64,000 nucleotides of DNA from the human T2T-CHM13v2.0 reference genome, Homo sapiens: assembly GCF_009914755.1 (NCBI RefSeq), contig NC_060929.1; one strand, given 5' to 3'. This document shows, in pieces, positions 15,247 through 25,487 of this stretch. The first letter of the stretch is position 1, and every line of letters starts with the position of its first letter. The notes under the pieces were generated by a model that did no database searches, had not been told where the DNA came from, and saw only the letters and a list, made by a program, of their open reading frames with translations. Position numbers and translations under genes: made by a program.

Positions 15247-16162
15247 GAAGATGTTTTTAATTTTAAATTGTACTCCTCGTGTAGAAGATGTGTAATATAA
15301 TGTAGTAGGTGTTTACTGGGTGTCCCTTGTGTGTTGGAGCCCTGTTGTCTGGTCCCAGGGATGTGATAAAGAGGAAACACCAGCTGCTGAAAGTGCTTGG
15401 TTCATTCTTGCAGAACTTCTAGGCTCCACCCACCCTTGGGTCACGGCAAAGTTTAGGTCATCACAGAGTGCGCAGCATGCTTGTGTAGGCTCCTTACCCT
15501 TAGCCTTTATCAAGGGTCCTGATGAAGAACAACTCTGCCTGTTCTCTAGAACCTCCTTAGAGGGACAGTCCAACGTTGTTCCTACAGCTGGCTCCATTTT
15601 ATAAATAATTCACAGGTTTTTTCACTTAAGTGTCTCTTTTTCCAGCGAAACCAATGTGCTGCTTTATCCGATGAAAGCTGTTGGTTTTATTCTTTGTTTT
15701 GGCCACCAGGAAGATCAGGGCCAAATTGGTGTATAGTGTATACTAGAAATAATGATTTCATTGCTGTACTAGGCCTTTCTAACCCCTTTTTGTAATTTAT
15801 CAAAACCCATTAGATCTGGTAAAATATGTGGACTCACATACAATATTGTATTATAATTTTAAGACGTTCTTGCATCCTGAAACGTATTCTGGACCCTTGG
15901 GGTTAAGAGTCCTGCTTTTGATCTTTTTATATCTTTATTTCACTATTCTGTACATAGTTTTATTCTAAGTTTCCTTGACTGTATAGAAGTAGGTTATGTG
16001 TAAATGATAAATAACATTGTTTTTAGAGGTTTTGGGTACTGAGCAGTTGCCCTCCATGTATTTGACAGCGAGGCAATGGGAAATGTTTTTGTTCATCACA
16101 AGAGGAAATTTTTTGGCCCTCACGATGATGAAATTGGTAGGCTAATTATAAATGGCTGCAGA

Positions 16163-16340
16163 GGCTGGGTGTGGTGGCGAACGCCTGTAATCCCAACTCT
16201 TTGTGGGCTGAGGCGAGTGGATCACTTGAGCCCAGGAATTCAAGACCAACCTGGGCAACACATGGTGAAACTCTGTCTCTACCAAAAATGCAAAAATTAG
16301 CCAGTCTCATAACCCGGTCTGGAAATAATTAATTAATTAA
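16163..16340 (+). mobile_element. Short monomeric Alu-derived SINE with non-Alu 3' segment
   Basis: Left arm + linker + ATTAGCCAGTCTCATAACCCGGTCT + AT-rich tail. TSD aaatggctg(c/t)aga at 16150-16162 and 16341-16353. Confidence 0.8.
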
Positions 16341-16407
16341 AAATGGCTGTAGAGTTTTGGTACAATGATTTTCCAGGAAAAGCAACCTGTAGATTCTGTT
16401 GTAACTC

Positions 16408-16409
16408 AT

Positions 16410-16456
<47 letters not shown>

Positions 16457-16460
16457 TTTT
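16408..16460. repeat. (TTTA)n microsatellite
   Basis: About 12 perfect units. Confidence 0.95.
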
Positions 16461-17626
16461 GGTACAAATACTAGGGCCTAAAGATGGAAGTCTTATGCTC
16501 TAAACACAATTGTCAATAGATATTCAGTAAACTTAATGTTTATGATGTTTTTACACCTCTTCTGTGTGGTTTTTGGTAAAATCTTGATGAAAGCTATAAA
16601 AAGGCTTTGGCAATTGTCTCTAGGGCTGCAGTTTTCATATCTGTTTCCTAAGTGAGGCATGAACCATTGGCCTCTGCCCATCAGGGTTGCTGTTAGCAGA
16701 TGCTTCTTCATGCTGGATTTCTATTGGGAGTTCCTGACTTGGAGGCATTGGGCAAGCCTTTGCTCTTCAGCCTCCATATATAGAGGGTAGTATTTTCATT
16801 TGTAGGCTTCGCAGGATAGGATGCTTGATTGTACTTGACTTTGGAGATTTCTTGCTCTTTACTGTCCTCTTCAGATAGTAGAAGGGGAGGTTTAAGATGT
16901 GTCCTTTAAGAGTATTCCCAAAACAAGTATTGAGGATAAAGGTCAAATTCATGCTAAGGAGAAATGTTTTTGCAGTAGCTATGACTTTCACCTCTTTTTC
17001 CCCTTCCCTCTTTGTAAAAGACAATTTGTAGTACATTTTGTCTCTCTAAGGGAGACATGACTACCCCAAATTTTTAAACAGACCAGGAAGAATCTATTGT
17101 ATATTTGAGTGGGAACCTGAGAATGCTGTGGCATATAGACAAAATTAATTAAAATATCTGATAAATCAGATGTAGCTTTAAATGGGATTTTCAAAATTAA
17201 AATGTAGGAGAATTATGTTAATAAGCTCTGCTTTTAACTCTATCAAGTATAGGAATGTGTTCCTTTGTGCAATTTAAAACCACCATCACCTATGCCCTCT
17301 AGTGCTTATGGGATGAGTTTGACAATAGAATTGTGTTCTCTGTTTCCTGCTTCTGCCCTGGTTACTGCTGATATTCCTGGTGTGAGAGTTCTCTTAGTCT
17401 CTCTGATCCCAGCTTCCCTGGCATTGGGAAAAGGGTGGCTTTGCCTATTCCTCCATGTGGTCCTGCTATGGGGCGGTGGTGCTGGAGAAACAATAAGTGC
17501 ATCTGGGCAAACACGGCAGACTACTGGCAGTCAGCTCCTGGAAGCCAGGGCAGTTTATGCCCTAGCACTGCCCAGGTGTAGAATCCTGTCCTGAGGATGT
17601 TTATCTGTAGCAAGCCAAGGACATTA

Positions 17627-18453
17627 TAGTTGACCCTTGAGCAACATGGGTATGAATTGTTAAGGTCTACTTATATGTGGATTTCCTCCCACCTGTGATA
17701 CTTATATGTGGATTTCCTCCCACCTGTGATAACCCTGAGACAGTAAGACTGACTCCTTTTCTTTCTCTTCCTTCTCGGCCTACTCAATGTGAAGACAACA
17801 AGAAGGATGAAGGCCTTTATGGTGATCCAGTTCCACTTAATGATAAATGTATTTTCTCTTATGATTTTCTTTCTTTCTTTTTTTTTTTTCTTTTTTTTTA
17901 AGATGGAGTCTCACTCTGTCACCCAGACTGGAGTGCAGTGGCATGATCTCAGCTCACTGCAACCTCCACCTCCGGGTTCAAGCAATCCTCCTGCCTCAGC
18001 CTCCCGAGTAGCTGGGATTACAGGCGCATACCAGGTTGCCTGGCTAATTTTTGTGTTTTTAGTAGAGACAGGGTTTCGCCTTATTGGCCAGACTGGTCTC
18101 AAACTCTTGACCGCAGGTGATCCACCCACCTCAGCCTCCCAAAGTACTGGGATTACTGGCGTGAGCCACCATGCCCCACCATGATTTTCTTAATAACATT
18201 TTCTTTTCTCCAGCTTATTTTTGTAAGAATACCATATATCATACATATAACATATAAAATATGTATTATTTTGACTGACGGTATTAAATATGTGTTATCT
18301 AATATGGACTGACCGTTTATGTTATCAGTAATGCTTCTAGTCAGCAGTAGCTATTAATAAAAATTTTTGGGAAGTCAAAAGTTATGCAGATTTTCGACTG
18401 TGTGGAGCAGGGGGTTGGCACCCCTAACCCCAGTGTTGTTCAAGGGTCAACTG
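17627..18453. mobile_element. Tigger2/Tigger2a (MER28)-type TcMar DNA transposon with an AluS (minus, ~17872-18180) inserted
   Basis: TIRs (t)agttgacccttgagcaaca and tgttgttcaagggtcaactg, with TA at both ends. Alu TSD atgattttctt at 17861 and 18181. Confidence 0.85.
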
Positions 18454-19073
18454 TAGTTTAAAATCTTCCCTTCCTTTTCCCATCTGTACTCACTGAGTCG
18501 TCATCCAGGGTGGAGGAGGTCATGTAGGGATCTTCATGGTCCTAGTGTGTAAGCACCTGTGGGACCTCCCTCCTAGGAGTGGCATGGAAGGTGCTGCTGG
18601 GATGGACATCAACCAACCCCCAAGGTAGAGGCCAAGTCGCTGTTGGCTAGATACAGGCAATTGGTACCTTTCCGAAGCTCTCTGTGGTGTTAGTTCACTG
18701 TAATGGAGGATTCAGAGAGGGGCAGCCAACTCCATGCCCTGTGAGCCTGGGACAGTTGTTTGTCCACTTGCTCAGGCTCTTGACAGAGCAGCTTCTTACT
18801 GCATGACAGCTTTTTAGGCACTCTCCCTTCTCACCACTTTACCTTTACTTTCTTCTTATCCTAGTTTTACCTCTCTCTGAAGACAGGTAATGATTAGCTG
18901 CCCCTTTTTTCAGTGGACACATTTGACATTGTAGAGGAACATGGAATAAAACAACTGTTCATTTAAGATTTCTATGTCTGTCACAAATGGCTTTTCAAGT
19001 TTCACATGTCAAAATTGATAGGTTATCAAGGAAAAGTAAAAAGAAGGCATTCACTTTTTACAGTATACACAAT

Positions 19074-19079
19074 TTTAAT
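19074..19079 (-). terminator. Distal poly(A) signal ATTAAA of LRRTM2
   Basis: + strand tttaat; downstream on the minus strand ATGCCTTCTTTTTACTTTTC (U-rich). More proximal minus-strand AATAAA at 21939-21944, 19899-19904 and 19802-19807. Confidence 0.65.
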
Positions 19080-22000
19080 AACAAAACTTGCCTGTACACT
19101 GCTCTTTATGTTACCCTCCCCCCTCCCAAAACACCCTGCATAATAGTATTTTCTTCCCACCCTCAACCCATCTGCCCACCTCCCACCCAAAAAGAAAAAT
19201 GGCTCTTGAAGGTGATTGAACACAATGTATTTGGACTGTACTTTGAGTTTCCAGTCTCAGTGTTGATAGGAAGGTTCACCAAACATTCCATATATCAGAC
19301 TTAAAAAAAAAAAAAAAAAAACCGCTAAGGACAAATATGTTAGTTGAAAGAGTTGCAGAGGTTTCCAAATGTTTGCAATAGCAGAATGAAAGCTTAAACA
19401 GTAATTTTCTATTTGTTTTTGGCCTTATTCAAGTACTATGAGTTTGCCCCAGGTTAGATAGAGAAATATTTAATTATCTATAGATGGCCTTACTGTCTCT
19501 CTCTCTTTTTTTTTTTTTTCCTGGCTCAAGGGCTTTAGTCAATAAGATATGAAAAGTATGCCCCCAAACAGACTTTTCAGATAGGTCTGTCGCTGTATTC
19601 CTGTATTAGGAAAACGATCATGTAAGTCAGCTGTTAAAAATATTCTTTAACAAATTTTATATTGATATCCACACTTCAGAAAAAGAACAGGACATTTATA
19701 GCTTTTTCCCCTGATAGCTGTGTGTAGGAAGTGTGCCTTAAGAAAATGAAATGCCTGTTTTGAATTTTAGAATTCAAACCTAGTGCTACATAGGGCTCAT
19801 TTTTATTGGAAAGATGGAGTCTAGCTCTTGGTGACTAGCATTAGAATAAGCAGATGGATTTTAATAATTAGTGGCGTTGGGAAGTTCAGTCAATTCCATT
19901 TATTGAATTGATACAGAAATTAACTTAGGCACATTAAGAAATTACATGTGTTAGTACAGATTTTTGGCTTAAAAAATTAGTATCTTTGCTTTTTGATGCT
20001 GGCAGTGGGTATTCTCAGAGTTGTGTGTGGATTTACAAGTTTATCAGCCCACTCTTTTCAGAAAGGTGATTGAAATCCCTGTCATGCTACAGAAATGAAT
20101 ATAAACGATTTCAAACTAGTTCTTGGTTTCTAGATGGGTATGGTATCATAGTCTTCTTTAGCTTTCCTTTTTCCAGAGAGATTAATTATTTTTCTGGTTC
20201 TTAATGGTCATTTTCCTCTAATCTTAAAAATAGAAAAAAAATGGAGTGGGTAGTGGTGGTGAAGAGGATAAAACCCCATCAAAAAACAAAAGCTCTGACA
20301 CTGTGTAACCAAGATCCGCAGCGTTGCTGTGATGCTGTTCCGTTCTAGCCAGTTGGTAAAGAAAGCACAGATGACTAACAGTCTAATCTTCAAACCTGTG
20401 CTGATTCTGAAACACAAATGGACAAAAATGAAAGAAAATCTTGCCTTCTACAGGCAATTAAAAAGGGAGGTTTTTGCTTTTAAATGAGAAAGGAAAATAC
20501 CTTTTTGGTACTACTGTCATTCACTTTTCTTAAAGGACATTACCCAGAAAAATGGAAGGCAAAAAATTTTGATTTTTTTCAACTGGAAAGTATGCCTCGC
20601 TAGCCTTGGCTATGCTGTTCCTCTGAATTAGTAAATGGCTTGCTTTTCCAATTTGCTTTTGTCCGTACACTAAGGATTTTGCCAGTTATGGTCCTTTAAG
20701 GATTAAGGTGGAGATTCCCAGCCAAAGAAGGGGATTTCTTACCCATCCCACAGTTTAAATCTTAATTTTGTTTGTGGTTTGAAATGATGGAAAATACTCC
20801 TCTGCTGTCCTTCAGGGCTGATGGAATCTTGTGTGCTCAGGACACAGTTGTGTTGTGACCAAGCTGTCTGTCACCTGACAAATGGCAATGGTCATCCTGA
20901 TAAATGGGTTGGTAAATTTTAGCTCGTGGTGCTCTTATTTGTAATAGGGGCTTCTAATTCAGCCTGTCTGTGGGGAAGTAGGGCGCTGTGCTCTATGCTG
21001 TTAAATCAGCTTCTGTCTCTGCCCAGACAAGCCCAGGGTCTGGTTTAACAAGAGACAAAATACTCACCACTCGAGATCAACTGAATTGAACTGGGCTGAG
21101 ACTTTGACAAACTAATCTGCCCACCTTAAAAAAGAGCACATTTTTACTGTAATTTGTGATCTTGTCTGCTTTTTACCGAGAGATGTTAGGTGAAGGGTAC
21201 TAAGGTACCCATCTCTTAGTATTAAAGAAGAAAAATTGTGATTAAATCTTACTGGCTAAACTATAGCCTTAACATGTTTTCAGTTTGATCCTGGGAAGAA
21301 AAAATATGCCCTGAATGAAGGATATCATGTTGATGTTGATGTTGGGGAAAAGATAACTTGAAAAATGGTAGTGGCTTTCTCTAAGGTTTTATGTCTTTTT
21401 TCTACATACAGTAAATGGCAGTTGTAAAAAATGCTCATTTTCTAAAATCAAGTTAGTGCTATAATTTTACAGTTTTTTCAATATGTGGAACAATGTTTAT
21501 GGAAAAGTTCTGTGTGAATGAGTAGCTTGCATCTAAATTCCAAATATTTAATAGGTTTTCTTTAGAAATCATAATACAAGAAACTGAATACCTGTGGTTC
21601 TTTTCTGCATGAAAAATGTGGCATCCTTATCATTTGTTAACTATGGCATGTTTATATTTACATTGGAGGATCTACCCCTCTTCCCTTTTCAGCAGCAGGT
21701 CCTTTCCCTGTTTGGTGCAGATTGTGTATAATCATTGTTGGCTGCCTTGTAACTCCAGCTAACCTGAGAGTCAGATTTCAAAATCTGCCTTTCCTTTTAA
21801 TCCCTCACCTCTGTGCTGCCTTCAAGTTACCACTGTGTGGCTGCATAGGCATGTCGAGTTGTTCTGCCATGAGATTCATCTCAGTGGTGCTGTTTTCTTC
21901 ACCTACACTGAACTACACTTACAGCGTGAATGCGTATCTTTATTGAAAGATCGAAATGTATTATATAATAGTTAGAAAGTGTTTTTTTTCATGGTTCCTT

Positions 22001-22139
22001 TGTAATACAATAAGAATCAGTGTTAAGCCTGTTGCTAGCCAATTATTTTTAACTTGGCTCTTTGAGGTTTGAAGATCAGGAAAAAGCAGAAGAAAGAGGT
22101 TTAAACCCCTTTGTCAAGGCATCTTTGATCATGATAGTT

Positions 22140-22154
22140 GAGAGAGAGAGCGCG

Positions 22155-22188
<34 letters not shown>
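22140..22188. repeat. (GA)n-(GT)15 microsatellite in the LRRTM2 3'UTR
   Basis: Read directly from the sequence. Confidence 0.95.
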
Positions 22189-22190
<2 letters not shown>

Positions 22191-23127
22191 TTTAAATTGG
22201 AGGGAGCATGTCAGGATTGTTAAATTGACTCAGTTTGTCTTGTTTATCTCCAAAATATCTTCTAAATCTTTTTTCACATATTAATGTAAACATAGGATTT
22301 AGTACATTAATTAGTACAATGACAGTTTAATGCTAGTTTAAAACAGTTGTCTAAATGCCACAAAAATCATGTCCATTATAAGTCAAACGAGAAATGTATA
22401 AGAAGTTGGTGTAATTATTTAGGATTGGTTTCATTGTAATGAGACCTTTTCACAGTCACTTGGATTCATTGTGTAAATATATTAAAGAGTCACTCAGCTT
22501 ATTAGAATTACATTAAAGGGTTCTGAATTCATGATATGGACTTTGATAATATCTACTAACCCAGGCAGAAACTCTGGAAGGAGAATGTTTAATATTTACC
22601 AGTCTTCAGCATACATGAAATTCTACTTCCCACCCTGGCAAGAAATTGAAGATTTGAGTAAATACCAAATTATCATACAAGAGAACTTTACTAAGTCTCC
22701 TTTTAAGCAGCAAGATAGTTGTGGTACATGGGATGGAGAGCAGTGATCAAACAGGTATTGATCTATATCTGTTTCTGCCCAATAGCTTCTTTCTAAATTG
22801 TTTTCAGTAGAAAAAAATAGTATATGGAGACCTTAGTGTAAAGGTTTACACACGATTGTATATAATTACGTACATTTCTTATTTTGAAGTAAGCATTTTA
22901 GACTTTCCAACAGGAGTGCAAATTAATGTGAGCATTGATTCATTTAACACTTAAAATATGGTTTCATTTAAAAAATTAAAAATACTTCAACACTTCAAAA
23001 ACTAAGTCTCCACTTAGTTTGGAAAATTAGGCTTAATGTCACCATTGGTAAAAATTAGATATGTATTTAGCCTCTACTATGTAAAATAGGTTACTTATCT
23101 GATGTGATTTTTGATGATGGGTAGATA

Positions 23128-24674
23128 TTATACTTCACATTCTTTGTATGGCAGCTGCTGACACTTGCACTGTCCATAACCATTAATGATGATGAAGGGT
23201 CCTTCATGGGTGGGTTCATATTCATTATACGGTCCTTGGTCTGACATGTTTGACATATGGAGTCGTGTTTGGGATCGGAGCTGCCTGTGGTTCTGAACCA
23301 TTGAGCACTGCCTAATTCTTCTTAAAGTGGGAGGGCAGCACTTCCTGGAGATGAACACTATAAAAATAATAAAAAAGAAAGAAAACAATAAAGCCATTGT
23401 TCCCGTAATTACCCGCTGAGTGAAGATGGCATTGTCTGGTTCAGGAAAGTGTTCCTCGGTAGTAACTGCTATGCCTGCAGTAGTTGGGATTTCTTTGTCT
23501 CCCACATGGTAACTTGATGAGCTTATTCTTTTTGTATATTCAGTGGTTGGATCTCTATAAGTTGTAGCCATGACAGTGACAGTGGTTGACAAATTCCAGC
23601 AGAGCTGAAATCCATGGACTGCATCTAGAATATCCTCTCCTTGGGTGTGGTCAGGACTGTGGCATAGGATGGAGTGTTCCCACCGACCTTGGAAACTGCC
23701 CAGCCAGGAGGCCAGAGCACATATTCGGGCGCTGCATTCCCACAGATTGCCAGAGAGACCAACGGTTGTGAGGGATCTCAGGGAGTTTAAGATCTTGGAA
23801 TCAAGGCTGTTTAACTTGTTGTTATCCATGAGGAGTATTTTAAGATTGGGCATCGTTTCAAACACTGTCAAGTCGATGGCTTTGATTTCATTTCCAGTCA
23901 GGTCTAGCTTTTCTAAAGTGCCCCAGGTCCACTCCATCCCACATGTCAAGTTGCTGATTTTGTTCCATTGTAAGAAGAGCGTGTGCAGACTGCTTAGCCG
24001 TAGGAAATGAGCAAAATTAATCTTCGTCAGCTGGTTGTGCTCTAGGTGAAGCTCTCTCAGTTTAATTAATCCTGCAAATCCATTGCGAGCCAAACTTCGC
24101 AAACGATTTGTGCTCAAATCCAGAAACTCCAGACTACGACAGTCCCAGAACAGGCGTACTGGGATAGTCCGCAGGGAGTTGGAACGTAAATGCAAGGTCT
24201 GCAGCTTCCGAAGGCCATAGAAGAGCTCTGGGTGCAGAGATGACAGCTGATTAAAAGACAGGTCCAAATTTTGCAGGTTAATCAGTTGGGTAAAAGTTGT
24301 GTTTGGCAAGTAAAATATTTTGTTGGAACTTAAGATTAATTCCTTAAGTTTATATAGTCCTTGAAAAGCATCTTCTTTTACTGTTGAAATTTGATTGTGA
24401 TCTAAGTGGAGCCAAGTAAGTTGACTGAAGCTGGCAAATTGATCTCTTTCGAGCTCTGTGATGTGATTGTGCCTCAGGGACAGGCCCAGAGAGCCCTTGT
24501 CTGTGGCGTTTGGCACTGAGTGGAAGCCCTGAGAGTCGCAGTAGAAGAGCAGCTTCTCGCAGCGGCATTTGGGTGGACACGCCATACCCAGGGCAGGCAG
24601 CATTTTTAAAACCATACTCATTGCATATATTGCTGCCAGCATAGGGGCCCCTAATGGCCACTTGAAATGTAAGC
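23128..24674 (-). CDS. LRRTM2: LRRTM2 coding exon 2 (almost the whole 516-aa leucine-rich repeat transmembrane neuronal protein 2)
   Basis: ORF 23128-24642 extends upstream to an acceptor (minus strand ...ctgcag|GC TTA CAT TTC AAG TGG, exon starts 24674). With exon 1 ATG-G it reads MGLHFKWPLGAPMLAAIYAM...; 4+1547=1551 nt = 516 aa + stop. Signal peptide, LRRNT (CPPKCRC), ~10 LxxLxLxxN repeats, LRRCT (NLWECSARIC), TM helix (ITGTMALLFSFFFIIFIVFIS) and C-terminal ECEV PDZ ligand typical of LRRTMs. Confidence 0.98.
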
Positions 24675-25025
24675 CTGCAGAATATAATTTAAGGAAAACA
24701 AGAAGATAGGATATTTTTCAGCAGAACATATGGGCTATTTAAAAAAAACAACCACCACCAACATTATAGCAAAAGATTTCACTGCATATAACTTATTTTT
24801 CATTTACTGCAGAAAAATTAACCTTATTGGTATGACTGGACCAAAACTTAAGCCATTTAAAAAGAAGATAAAACATGTCTCTGTCATCATCGATATATGC
24901 TTTTACCTAAACCTCAAAATCCAAAATATGATGGTGATTTCCCTCATAAAATGTGAATTCGGTAGCTTATTTTAAAAGCGTGATTCCTTGTTGAATGTAC
25001 AAGACATATAAATGCACAGACTTAC

Positions 25026-25029
25026 CCAT
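25026..25029 (-). CDS. LRRTM2: LRRTM2 coding part of exon 1 (ATG + G only)
   Basis: Minus strand reads AGAAGA ATG G|GTAAGT: strong Kozak context (-3 A, +4 G) and a consensus donor. It joins in frame to the acceptor at 24675, giving a 351-nt intron at 24675-25025. Confidence 0.95.
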
Positions 25030-25465
25030 TCTTCTGAGCACATTGGAGGCTGCATTCAGTCGCGGTTGTTAGACTCAACGCAGTGAGTCTGTAAAAGGCT
25101 CTAACATGTAGGAGCCTTTGACCAGTTTCCTGTTTTCTGTGTCCCAGGCTTTCCAAGTAAAATTGAATCCACCAGGACGAGTTGTTTTTTCCTTAGGATA
25201 TCCCTCTGGAAAGCATTGGTTTCATTTTCTGTGATTGCTCTGATCCCTAAATCAGTTTTGAATATAAGTTATTAAATTTCTCCACCTCTAACTGCTCAGC
25301 TGGTTAATCAAAGCTTCAGTCTCATTTCCGCAGCCGTTAGTTCTCTTGGTCTTAACTTGTTGATGGCAGATGGGTGGCTTGTTGCAGAGAAGAGCTCCTG
25401 GAGCAGCATGAGTGCATTTACTGAAAAGCTTTTCCGAGAAACGGCACAAGAATGGATTTGCTTAT
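25030..25465 (-). other. LRRTM2: LRRTM2 5'UTR (exon 1); TSS inferred near 25460
   Basis: Unique sequence between the ATG and a TATATA at 25488-25493. TSS placed ~30 nt downstream of the TATA (inference). Confidence 0.7.
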
Positions 25466-25487
25466 GTGCTGCGACCACACAGAACTG

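Larger units (their letters stand above)
19050..23127 (-). other. LRRTM2: LRRTM2 long 3'UTR (~4.1 kb)
   Basis: Transposon-free AT-rich sequence after the stop codon. It ends at a minus-strand ATTAAA (19074-19079) followed by a U-rich downstream element (reverse complement of 19031-19050). Confidence 0.75.

Noticed and set aside
19733-19740. miR-124 8mer-like GTGCCTTA
   Set aside because: It is on the + strand (CTNNA1 intron), not in LRRTM2 mRNA sense.
21195-21210. GGGTAC-TAAG-GTACCC hairpin in the LRRTM2 3'UTR
   Set aside because: A 6-bp stem is expected by chance at this scale and has no other support.
24640-24642. ORF-track start (MLAAIY..., 504 aa) as the LRRTM2 N-terminus
   Set aside because: A canonical intron and an upstream strong-Kozak ATG at 25029 add 12 residues. 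This Met is at most a secondary start.
23586-24661. ORFs 23586-23771 (+), 23645-24010 (+) and 24350-24661 (-) overlapping LRRTM2
   Set aside because: Shadow or alternative-frame ORFs of a real CDS, mostly on non-ATG starts, with no recognisable domain.
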